DNA of 62,091 nucleotides, counting the filler, from Choristocarpus tenellus KU-1152 (lineage: Eukaryota; Protista; Phaeophyceae): NCBI GenBank assembly GCA_964200185.2. It is 9 parts of 9 records of this genome, joined end to end, with 100 filler letters (N's around TTAATTAATTAA, not from the genome) between each part and the next. Parts side by side here need not be neighbours in the genome. Positions count along the whole stretch, not along the records: positions 50,322 to 55,054 come from CAXNAD020013288.1; positions 55,155 to 62,091 come from CAXNAD020007015.1; 7 more parts are not named here. One strand, 5' to 3'. This document shows positions 50,563-62,091 of this stretch, piece after piece (position 1 is the first letter of the stretch; every line of letters begins with the position of its first letter). The position numbers and the translations under genes are program-made. The notes beneath the pieces are model-generated. The model saw only the letters and a list, made by a program, of their open reading frames with translations, did not search any database and was not told the origin of the DNA.

Positions 50563-50744
50563 ACTCAATAGTTTCATATTTATTTTATTATTATGCCCCT
50601 CTGACATTTCATATTTATTGTTTGTATTCATTTTTCTTGTATTTACCATGACTTAGCCAGAAGTAGATATAATAGTTACCTTCTTCACACAGTAGTGCAG
50701 TCATGAGGATACTCTGACGTTTGCCTACTCATTCAATCCTGCGA

Positions 50745-50931
50745 TCCCGAGAAATGAGAACAAGACGCCATTTTGTACAACTGTTGTGGAAAGGGTAGGG
50801 GAATATCAATATCAATATATATATATAGTATACAACTATTGTGTGCATAAAGCAATGAGGTAGAATGTGTGTATGCAATGGGTGGCAAGGGTGACTTAGA
50901 ACGCAAAGGGGCCCAAACCTCCGCACCTCTC
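50745..50931. mobile_element. MITE family B, diverged partial copy
   Basis: cattttgtacaactg...ggggaatatcaat...tgtgcataaagcaatga...gtgacttagaacgcaaaggggcccaaacctccgcacctctc aligns with the 17785-18028 and 25700-25927 copies. Confidence 0.65.
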
Positions 50932-52874
50932 AATCACTTTGGGACGATCTTCGCACCATGATTTCTTCATTTGGATAGTGCGATTTGCTATGGTGATATA
51001 GAGGGATGTGGTTTTGTCCGTGTTTTGTGGTCAGCTGTCAGTGTGTTGAAGCTTAATGTATATATGCCGACAAATCTTATATATAGAAGGCGTGAACACC
51101 AACAGCCAAGAGGATACAGACGTGTGAACTACATCATAAACACACACACACATATATATATATAATTCAATGGTGTTCTGTTGACATCCAGTTATATATA
51201 TATATATATAATTCACTGGTGCTTGTTGCATTATCACCTTCTCTGATGGTTTTGTCAATTCCTTTTTTTTCTGACTGTTGTACGCTTCAAGCATCGTAAG
51301 TCAGGAACCTTCCAACAGCCAGGATCGAATTCAACAGAACCTTTAGATACGTTTACGATTGTTTTTTTTATTGTGGCAGTTAGAGACGGAGTGGTTTCAA
51401 GAAAAAGTGTTGGTGGCATTGTTGTGAGATTTGACTGAGGATTTACCGTTGTGATATCAAACTCTTGTCTCCCTTACGGTTCTGCCCCTTTTGAGCCGGA
51501 GATCGTTGTGATCACCATCTTACTTTGTACTCAGCTCATTGACTGATCCTACCCACTCCGAAATATGTTATTCATGTGAGGGATGTGGTAGAGCAAGAGG
51601 ATCCTGTTGACTCGATTCGAGATACATGCCATCCAATGAGTGCTGAACTATATTATGTCCCCTGCTCGAATGACACGACTGTGTACTGTTCGCTATCGAA
51701 CTTGTAATATGGTCTTTATGTGACTCTCATGAACTAAATCAAACATATTTTAGTCGTTGATTTCACTGCTGCAGCATACAGGACCTGTGGTGCTCAGAGT
51801 CTTCTTATCTCATCAAGATGTAGGTATTTTTGTATTGTTGTTGGTATAGGATTCTGTTGTTGTGGAATAGTGAAGCTGCTGTGAGGATAGTTGCAGAAGG
51901 GCAATGCATGGCCTGTCTCTCTCTCCTTTTGCCCATGGTTTGGTAAACCCTGCTATTGAAGGAAAGCCCTCCCCTCCATAATTTCTTCAAAGTATTGTCT
52001 GAAAACCCTTATATTACACAAATGCGTGTTGTGTGGCCATTATACCAATGTTTCCCATATTTCTGGCAGGCATTAGAGTGCTAGTCTGCACGTTTCCATT
52101 GTCATGGGGGACCAAGCCTGTGGTAGAGTTTTCCACTATCATGGTGCTTGTGCTGCAGAGCCACATCCACCTCTGTCTTCCGCATATCATGTACACTGTT
52201 GCCACCTTGATGTCTTGCTTTTCAGTCAAGAAGACACATGACTTCTTTCCTCTTGTGGGGAACAGATGTGATAGAATTCTAATCCGAAAGTATTGTGCAT
52301 AAATTGATATTAGGCACGAAATTTCACTGCTGCATACCACAACTGAGAGATCTAGACACTGCAATCCTTGCAGTAAGCTCCTTGGGTGCTCTTCTTCCCC
52401 ACTGGTACACTTAATCCAACGCTTACTCTACTGCACGCTGCCCTACCGCCCTCTGTTGACGCCTGGTAGGATATACCTGTAAAGAGAAAACGCTGTTCTC
52501 AGTTGAGTCTGTCACAACTTGAACCTGTTTACTTCGAGCCTGTGGTGAGTGAAGAAAGCAGGGTGTCTGCCAATAAATAGAATTATCCCCCTAAGTAGAG
52601 GGGGGTTTCATCATCAGAATATGGTATTAATAGTATATAACACTTTTATTAATGGTGTGATTCTGAGGCAATGTGGTTCATTTGGTTCAACTTCTTCCTG
52701 GTTGGGAAATTAGCAATGTTGCCAAGCCCCCTGCTGAAACACAACCAATTGTAATATTGTGTGTTGTTTCTCCCTCCCCTTTTGGTCGTAGACTACTCAT
52801 TATCTTACCCTTTCTCCTTCTAGGGTATCACTCGAGCTATCTTCTCCTCCCCCCACGGGCTACCACCTCTATGC

Positions 52875-53120
52875 TCTTACGCTGCCTCTTCCCAGCTTCC
52901 ACTTGTTACATTCCAAAATATTTTGAATATTCAGTTCTCTCTAATCTGCAGTGTTTAGTCCATAAAACGTTGTTCTTCCCCAAAAACAAACACGATTTCT
53001 TACGCTGCCTCTTCCCAGCTTCCACTTATTACATTCCAAAATATTTAGAATATTCAGTTCTCTCTAATCTGCAGTGTATAGTCCATTAAACGTTGTTCTT
53101 CCCCAAAAACAAACACGATT
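52875..53120. repeat. 123-bp tandem duplication (2 copies)
   Basis: tcttacgctgcctcttcccagcttccactt...aaacacgatt starts at 52875 and again at 52998, with only a few substitutions. Confidence 0.9.
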
Positions 53121-54039
53121 TTTTATGGGGAACCTCTAACTTTGTATTGCTTACAAAATTTCAATGTTTAACTCCAGTTGCTCCAGTGAGGGACCAGGGC
53201 TGCTTCTAAATGATTGATCCCTTGCTCACTAAAGCTGGCCCCAACTCTCTGGAGAAGAACAGGCATCTCACCATTACCGTTACTCTTCCCTATTGGGAAA
53301 TGGAAGCAGTAACCTACTGAGGCCCCCTTTCAAGGATCTCTTGCAGGAGATTCCAAGTATCCTTGCACCATGACATGAGTCTTCGGCAACTCTCATTCTC
53401 CAATATTCCGCGCATGCACTTTAGAGTCGTAAGTTTATTCTGACTGTTGTGTGTTTGCATAACCCCGTAACAAAAATTTTACAAAAGCTGTGAAATTTCC
53501 TCGACTGTCGTATTCTCTCTTTTGACGTACTTACGCCATGTTCTATTGTTCACACTCTGGCAAGACTTTGTGTTCGCCATCTCAAGTCTTCGACACTTGC
53601 TGGCAGTATGCTGTCGGCAACCCCTCATGTCCTAATAGCACCTCCTACCACGCCGTCAATGGATCAGGTTGAATGCTTTCTACTTTTATATTATATTCCA
53701 ACTTCTTGAACCCTTTTTTTATTCACCAAACTATTCGATTCAGATAATACTACGCGATCACCATGTTGAACTATTTTGGATCTGATATATTATTATCATA
53801 GTGTAAACTTGACCAATAGGTTTCGCCAACAACATTTGGATGGACAGTTGAAGATCTGTCACTGCTGACCCGAGATTCTCACAATTCCACCTTGGTCTCT
53901 CTACCTTTGTTTGCTTACTAAGCCACACTCCAATCCCTTACGTTTCTTAGCTGTCGAGGGATGGCCAGAAACCTTCAGTTGCACTCGTTTCAAAAACCGT
54001 GACAATCTTTTACAAGAAAACAGAGTGGTGTAGAAGGCC

Positions 54040-54490
54040 TCACCCTCGTATTCTGTCCACTACCCTAATTATTTTCCTAATATTGGGAAGATGTGTCCAT
54101 TTAGGGGGAAAGCATTGATAATGTGTCAAGGATGGGTTCCAAAGTATGTATTCAACTATTGCATGACCCTGCTGAAAGATGGAACAAACGATGTGTAGTA
54201 GTACTCTGTAAGCATCTCGCCATCGATTGGGCAATGCCAAGATGGAGAAGGCAGGAGATATTGCAGGATCAGTGTATCCTGTATGGTTTAGTGCAACGTA
54301 TACTTGGTCTCATTGGTGTACTTGTTGCGTTTCATATGTGTCCGCTATTCCCTCAGTGTTCTTAGTACTAATCGCAGCATGGCTCCCCTACCCCCTCTTG
54401 TCTCCCCTATTACAACAATGGTGTCTGCTAGGGAGGTTTCCCATCTCCAAACAGAAAGGTGTTTTACAGATCTGCACAGGCGGGTATCAA
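54040..54490 (-). pseudogene. Possible decayed hAT transposase fragment
   Basis: LALPNRWRDAYRVLLHIV...HAIVEY resembles hAT 'TRWNSTY.ML.R....AI..Y'; the surrounding frames are disrupted. Confidence 0.3.
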
Positions 54491-55054
54491 TGCTGTTCCT
54501 AGAGGCATTGAAGCTGAGGTGAGAGATTTAAAGGGAGGTTTTCCACCTCTCATTGTAGGCAGGCAGGTGTTGTGCGAGAAACAAGTCATTTCCAGTAAGT
54601 GTTGCTATAGGCAGACCAAAGAGATGATTTTATCTTCAAGGACACTTGCAAGTACGAACAGCTGTTAAGAAGTAGATCTACTGATCTTGCTAACGGCAAA
54701 GGATGAGGAGCAGGCCCATTTTCCTAGACTCAGGAGTATTCCTGCAAGGCCTAGCCTTCTCCTTTGTCTTCTCTGAGTTACGTTTTAGTGGAGGAGTCTG
54801 CCTCCTAAGTCCAGTGGAAAAATGAGAGTGCGGTCTCTTTCTATTAAGAGAATAACCAGGTAACAGCTATCCTCACGCCCCATCTTGGTACAAGTACATA
54901 TACCCCTTGAGATGTTAACCCTGTACCGATACACAACTCCCATAGAAGCCAAGAGTGATGTTGGGTGCAAATTCAGCGCTGTCTGCTCCTTATTCCTAGA
55001 ACTTCCTCCTGATATTGGAAAGTTATGTCCAGGGTCAAAGTATCTTGGGGGAGA

Positions 55055-55154
55055 NNNNNNNNNNNNNNNNNNNNNNNNNNNNNNNNNNNNNNNNNNNNTT
55101 AATTAATTAANNNNNNNNNNNNNNNNNNNNNNNNNNNNNNNNNNNNNNNNNNNN
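55055..55154. other. Artificial contig spacer
   Basis: N44-TTAATTAATTAA-N44; immediately preceded by a MITE-A-like terminus caaagtatcttggggga (55036-55054). Confidence 0.98.
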
Positions 55155-56308
55155 GGCTATAGGTGAAAAAAAAAAAATCACAAGAGGACAGACCTATGTT
55201 CCTCCTCAGGTACCCTACTCTGGACTATTATGCCCATCCACAATAGATTGATGTTTAATATAATGTCAGAACAATGCTGAGTCTTGTGCTTCAGTGTAAG
55301 TGTCAGCTCTGACTCTGGGTGTGACTGGGAATTACCCCTCATGCTTGAACACTGGGTTGTCTTTGCAGGTGTCTTTGAAAAACTATACCGTATGGTTGAC
55401 TGAAAAGAAAAAAACAAAGCCTTCCCATGGCCTGGAGGTGTACACCAAAGACCAGGCATCTTCACTACATGAGTGCCTCACATCACGTGTTCGTGAAAGT
55501 GGTGGTGGGTCACCTGTGAAGGAGAGTCAACCTCCTGAGGTGAATCTCCCTATCGAGGGGAGTAAACTTCTCGAGGAACGCAAGGAAGAGCCGGAGTCAG
55601 TTGTCACTTTGACAAGTAATGAGACATAGGCTGTCAAGATCCACGCATAGCACAATATCGTACAACAGAGTAGTGTTTTCTTGAGCCTACATTGTATATC
55701 ATCCATTGCATCTTTTTTTGTTAGTCAATCCACATTGTTAAGTCTTGGAGTTGGGATCATTTGGAACTGTACAACTCATTCTCCGTGTTGAACAGGACCA
55801 TCAAGGATTACAAGTGAGGTTATGTTCATTGATTTTTACTGTGCAGGTAGGGAGGACTTTTGTAACTGTAGAGATTTTGTAACCGTTATTGTTCACCATA
55901 GGAGAGTTGATATCTTTCAGTGTGTGAACTCTCTAGAAGCAAAGGTATTTTGTGGTGGTTTCAGTGTCGAAGCATTTTGTCCCATCTGCAAAGTCATGTT
56001 TTCAATCCTTGTTCCTTCATTTTCATTGTTACCAGCGCAGTTTGTAGGGTGGAGTGATTAGATGTCACCTTCACTTGGATGTCATTTGGATATTTTCCCA
56101 GAAGACATCTTACAGTTTTTGTGACTTTCTAATCATTGTGAATAAGAAGATTTTTGTTGCGTATGTTCCATTTGACAACTGTGCTGAATACCTGAGTTTA
56201 GGCAAACTGTCAAGACTATGTAGGGTTATATATTACACGTAATTATTTCTATGGGGTAATGACAATTCATATTGATGAATTGTGCTTAATATATAATTCC
56301 ATCACTAA

Positions 56309-57028
56309 TTACATTTCTGAAAACCCTTTACAGGAAGGAATGATCGAACAACTCAGCAAGCACTCATTCCACGTCCATTTCATTGCACCAGGGTCTTTTT
56401 CCAAGACACTTTCAATGCACCCTTCAACCCCTTCCTTCACCCGTAAAACAAAGTAGGGGGATTGAAGGGCAACAGTAGAGAGTATGACTACAATGGCTCT
56501 ATCAAACATTGCGTCTTTGACAGCTCTCCTCCCAGACATAAGAGTCATATTATAAACTCTAGAGATCAGAAAACATGGTATTATTAGTTACACCTGCAAC
56601 CAGCCTCATCAAATAGACAATTTTTGAAACACAGGCAAGCCCCCTTTTGTAATGTTTCAAGCACACAGTACACCTAACTTTATACCTGCTATGGAACAAA
56701 CCATACTATGCCTATAGATTGAGTAAGAAAGTATTCACAATGATAACTTGATGAAAACAATATCTCTACATCATGAACCCTTGACAAGCCATTGGCTAAA
56801 CAAGGGATTTCAAGGTTGCAGTATGTGCACAAAACGAACTTACACAATGCAGAGTAAAAAACCAAATCCCCACTCCAAGCATTTGCATGTCCATGTGTAC
56901 AAGGGATAACTGGGGACAATTTGTCTTTTTTTCCCTATGTTCTCAACACAACAAAAGGAAGCATGTGTTGTAAAGACACACTCACCTTTGCAGGCAGCCC
57001 TCTCTAGCGCAAAATGATAGAATGGCAT
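56309..57028 (-). pseudogene. Possible decayed MULE (Mutator) transposase
   Basis: Fragments PVIPCTHGH...CNLEIPCLANGLSRVHDVE...CEYFL and TLMSGRRAVKDAMFDRAI follow the MULE order (PVI.LDG.H...D.N..I.PLA.....E....W.WFL...TI.SDR..G+..A+), but the catalytic residues are lost. Confidence 0.35.
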
Positions 57029-59158
57029 GTCACTACCTAAGGCTATGCAACTATTACATACATTGTAAAATATTTATCATGTTGACAGTTGACCCAGATC
57101 ACCTTGTCAAGGCCCCTAAAAAAGCAAGTGCATAATATTACTAGTAACAAAGTTGCCTTTCTGATTAGTATTGATACAGAGACGTAGGCACTTCTCAATT
57201 TTAGAATCAGCAGGCATCAACACTTAAAAATCACAGAAAAAGTGGCCCGTTGTTGCCTCTCCTCCCTCTCTTTCCCCTCTTGAAATATCAATACACACTC
57301 TGAACACCTCCAGCTTGAAGAGTCTTCCCTTTGGAGTAATCTTCCATTTCGTACAAGTGGAATAACTGAAATTTGCCTGCTGAGCATGACAAGATGGCAG
57401 CAGGGAGTAGTAGCATATAGACAGGCTTGTCAATCTGACATATAAAACAAAAGTCAAGTACCAATTTAATCCATGGAGAGTGTGTCAGTGCCCAAGAAGG
57501 TGACTTAGGACTTGTTCAGCTCTGCACCATTTTTGAGGTCAATCTTGATGTGCCTGAAGGGGTGGACTGTCCAATAGTTGCCTATGAGGACTACAAATGA
57601 CACAATTAGTCCTTTGTCACCCACAAACCATCTTGTCCCTTCCAACACTCCTCTCAGGCACTCCGATAACGTCAGCATTGCAGTAGTAAAGCCCAATGTA
57701 GTCAATACTGGTGTGTAGTCTACCTGTCTTGTTGACAGTCCTTCACCTTTCTCAATAGGATGGAGACTTTTGGTCCTGGAGGCCAGAACTACTGCTATCT
57801 TCATCAGTCTCCACCTGGTCAGGAGCAGGGTATGGAAGGGTTAGAAGAGGGGCGAGGAGTGGAGGAAAAAAGGTTATGGATAGGGAAGCCACAAAGGGTA
57901 AGGTTGAAACACCGACATGCTGAGTGACACAAGCGGTTTTGTACTAGATGGGAGCAAAGTCAGGTCAAGGAACCAAACAAATAGGGACGATTTTGGGTAA
58001 GATGTTGAATAATCCGGAAATTCCTGAGTCTTCTGACTAAAAATGGGAGATTGATGGGGTATGAAGGTAATAGCTGAACATGTAAGGTTTACTCCAAGTT
58101 TTGTCTATAATTTTATGCAGAGGCATCCTGCCTGCTGATCATAACCGATTGCTACCTATTTTGCTGATCTAGGTCAACATGGGTGACACATGGAAAGTTG
58201 CATTGAATACTCCAGAATAGATGGCTTTTCCACATGGTGCAGCAATCTGATCTCTAAAATTGCACTGTTTGAACAGCCGTTGGGCAACAGGTATTGACCT
58301 GCTTGGCAAGATAGCAAGTTGATTTCGTTGAGGAATCGATCAAGTGCCTAACTAGTTGCTGCTGCAACACAACATACAAGTTCTATAAAAATACATACGT
58401 ACATATTTCTCACTTGTGCATTTTTTAATATTATAGTAAGAATTGTGACTGGTGCGGAATTTTCCTACCTGGACAGGATGTGTAAGGGCCATACCATCAC
58501 CACATTGTGACATAGATTGACATGCACTTCACAAATCTCCTGAAAGTCTCACCTCAAAATAAGCATATCCTAGAGACTGCATTCTAAAGAGATCAATTTG
58601 AAGGTTCCAAGAAAACTAATTCAGTTCAAAGAATGAGGACATATTAGTAACTTGATTCTCATAAGATCCACTTAATGGTTCATTCGCACTTTGTGCAGAA
58701 CTGTTAAAAAGCTGCATTTTGTGCCATTCAGGTTGCGTCAGATGTTTATACCACACTTTGTAAAAACCACCACAACACTTGCTGGTGGTTCCATTTCCAC
58801 CCAGATTCTCACCAAAACATTGAAGATTGACTCAAAATATCATTTTATCTACACATTTAAACCTCTTCTGACTTTCTATCTCACACCCCAATCACAAAGA
58901 GGTCTAGAGTGGGAGGTAATCACTGGTGTGGGTATGAGACAAATGGTTTTATTTGAATGAATCAAGTCTGCATGCAGGGTGTGATGTGATAGACAGTTAC
59001 TGTGCACTAAACAGGAAAAGAGGTGTGTTTCATACCAGCAAGAAGAAATAATTGAAACAGTGCAAAGCGCCAGCCTGGAAAAGATAGCCCCACACTCGGG
59101 CAAGTTGAGGGAAAATCAAAAAAATCATTACAAGCAAGTTTGATCTAAATTTGCTTAC

Positions 59159-60644
59159 CTCTGTCTCTGACTCAGAGTCTGCCTCTTGCCTGTATCTTAA
59201 ACTAGATTTAGAAGCTAGATCTTTCCCAGTATCACCACTTCTGACGTTGGGCTGTGTTGCAGAAGCCAAAAGGCCATCCATGTCATCCTGCATATCTAAC
59301 ATTACCCCAAGCTTGCGGATCTGATTGGTAGTTCAGACATGGTTTGAAGGATGACAAGGGAAAATAATGTTGCCTAGAGGGAGCAGAGCAAGTTGGTCTA
59401 CAATCAGTTCCTTTACGTAGATGACATGGGCAAAAATATAGTACTGAATGCCTAGTCAACTTCAACACGAGATTGGCCAGGAATAAGACAAATTGTTAAC
59501 AAGGTAAAATGTATGCTTTTCTCCCTAGCATACAAAACTTCCCCACAAACAAGGTACCGTCATAATGAAGTCCATAAGGGCACTTTCTCCAAGAGCTCTG
59601 GATGTTGTCGGTTATGTATATTTTGGAACCATTGCGCTACTGATCGTTGTGCAATGTAATATTCCGTTGCTCATTTTCTCATAAACCCTGGGAAACCACT
59701 ACTGAAGGTACAGGGATAACTATCTCAACTGCCAAGGAGTGCTGTAACTAGACGAAAAGTAGACTTCTAAGGAATTGTGAAACCTTGCATGGTGTGCAGG
59801 ACCAGTGGCCTCATGTCATCGCTGTAGTGTAACATTCCCTCCTTTCAATCAAGTCTTGAAAAAATCTTAAAGCTAACTTTATTGTTCCATAAGGGCCCTA
59901 CGTCGCTACCAGTGCAGATTTGCTCATGGACAAAGGAAATTTATATATACATACTCAAAGTATATATTTTGGCTCTGACGAACGAGGCCTGCCTACTAAA
60001 CGCTTTTGAACAGCAGACTGAATCGAGGACACCGTGTGCTACCTCAGCTAGCATGTAAGGATTGTAGGCAATTGGAAATGAGGTAATAGCTACTGCGATG
60101 CATTTCGAAATATTACTCACCAGGAATCGCCAGCGTTCCGTCATTAGGCGACGATATTTTGATCGTCGTGGTGCGAACAAGGCCTCTTCATCAACGGAGG
60201 CGAAGCCCTTTGCCGCATCCTGAGCAATATCCTCTGTGAATACTAGTCCATCATAAATCTGTGCCAGATCCTTAGAGCAGTCTGCCGATCCCTCTTCAGC
60301 GAGATCATAGAGGATATTCTTCACTTCACAAACAGCCATTCGTCTGAAGTTCACAACATCATCTGGACTCAATGAGGTTGGAGGCTTTGCCCGCCCCCAG
60401 GGAATTCCCTCTCCCACTAATCCACCATCTGGAGAGGTCCCACGATCAATGATCGCAAAGAGGGCCTGCACCCGAACAACCCTCTCCAACTTTATGATTC
60501 GATCCTCCACCATTGCTCGGCAACGACTACGAAGCAAGGCTTGCTCCATCAACATACGAACCTTTAACTGTACTGGAAGGATGAGCTCCTCCTGATTATT
60601 CAGGAGCATTAGCGCACCCGAATCCATCTTGGGGACCAGTTCAC
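59159..60644 (-). CDS. Exons of an unidentified gene (60644-~59997, 59295-59159; additional exons likely)
   Basis: A protein-like open frame of about 650 nt follows the acceptor gatcgacag (ELVPKMDSGALMLL...VCCSKAF). A downstream exon MQDDMDGLL...DSESETE ends at GTAAGC. No domain recognised. Confidence 0.6.
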
Positions 60645-62091
60645 CTGTCGATCATACAGGACAAGTTAATCTCTTGTTTCAGAGAGGGCGGATTGTAATG
60701 CATTCACACCACAGCAAGCTGGGATACTACTCGAGACCCAGACTCGAACTTGATTATCCACGGGGTGTCACAAGCGACGCTTTACAACTCGTTTAATGGG
60801 AAGTGAGAGAAAGACAGCAATTGTACTTCCGGCACCTGTTCAAGTTCCTTAATCTCTAGGCAACTCTCTCCTTTCAGTGGAATTGGAAGGACACCTCCAA
60901 CCCCTTCTAGTTGGAAGTTTTCTTCCTTCAATATGCTCCCCTCTCTGGCTATGCAGGGATCTTACCAAACAACCCCTTCCTAGCCCACGTCTTAAGTACC
61001 CCCTTCGTCCTTCCCCCTTCCGTCTTTGTGCATGGGGTAAAGGGGATGGGTACCTCACTCCTCTCCTTTCAACTCACTTCTTATGTTCTTTGGGTTGGCG
61101 CAAACGTGTTGAGTTTCAACCGTCTAATTTTTTCGATATTTTTCTGCAAGAAGAACAGACAAATCTCCATTTTATTAGTTATAGGGAATGGAGATAATAG
61201 GACTGGCATGTGGAATGTTTGTTGATTCAACGGTTCATCCGTTCATTTAGTCCATCACTACCACATCAAAGCACCTTCGAAACATGAAAAAATATTTAGG
61301 AACCCAATAATAAACGATAGGAGTTAGGAACAATGTGAAAGGCATGAGTATATATTGTTTTATAGTTTGAGAATTGTAAAATACTATTCTCGAACCTCCA
61401 TCATTGCCACATCAAAGTACCTTAGAAACATGAAATGTTTTTAGTGATGCAATATTGGCGATGTGGAATTAGGAACGATGCGGAAGGCATCACTGGTGGC
61501 TGAATAGGTCCTTTATATGATGTGTACAATCGTCATACTATCTTATACTTGTTCGAGAGTTGTGAATTGTTATTCTCGCACGTTGTCAAGAGTACTTTGT
61601 ATACTTGATAAATAGTGATGAAAATATATTTCAAATTAGTATTGACTCTCAAATGCAAAAAAAAAACAAGTAGTGTAAGATTAACAAAATCGTACTACTT
61701 TATTCTATAGGTAATGAATAATATTATTGAGGGGAGAGATGACCCAGAATAATAATTGTTTTTTATCCTTGAAGTCATATCAAAATTATTTTGTCATTAA
61801 TAATGTAGTATTGATCTAGTAATATTTCATACATTTTGAAGATTTGCCGCGAGAAAATGCAATGAAAAGTCAATTCAATACATAAGAATCCCTGTAAAAA
61901 GTAGCACTTGTCGTAAAAGTGAAAGGCGTGAATCATGTGATTCTATGGCGGCGTGGTTCTCTCAAGTAAGGGTGGTGAAGAGAATCACCGGGCAAGACGG
62001 ACCAGATGAACAAAGACGAACCGTAACCGAGGGTATGAGGTTAAGGTTGGACAAGTGCAAATTGACGAGTGATGAGCATCATCAAAGATGG

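Noticed and set aside
51800-52480. Possible Copia gag-knuckle/protease remnant on the minus strand
   Set aside because: Only vague resemblance (KCTSGEEEHP, HDSGK) spread over different frames; not enough to support a call.

Overview
Eukaryotic, intron-rich nuclear DNA, most likely from a photosynthetic stramenopile such as a brown alga or close relative. This is inferred from two ASAF-type bipartite plastid leaders, GGQW-type PPR repeats and TTAGGG repeats. The window is not one locus: it is nine separate contigs joined by eight artificial 100-bp spacers (N44-TTAATTAATTAA-N44), so adjacency across spacers carries no information. Most ORFs in the supplied track are spurious, and the real genes had to be rebuilt by splicing GT-AG exons by hand. 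Supported genes: (1) a head-to-head pair of plastid-targeted genes, a DUF1997 protein (-) and a PAP2/LPP-epsilon-like phosphatase (+), with start codons 265 bp apart; (2) a 9-exon gene with a PHD(half)-AP2-AP2-split ELM2-SANT architecture, the most unusual item here; (3) an intronless P-type PPR gene with about 18-20 repeats; (4) an F-box-like plus probable TBC gene start; (5) an RCC1-repeat gene fragment; (6) several exon sets of unknown function. Mobile DNA includes an intron-containing, inactivated Sola-like/DUF7869 DDD transposase, two MITE families, a Gypsy RT remnant, weak MULE/hAT remnants and a possible tRNA-derived SINE head. All domain calls are by eye from motifs; no database searches were run.
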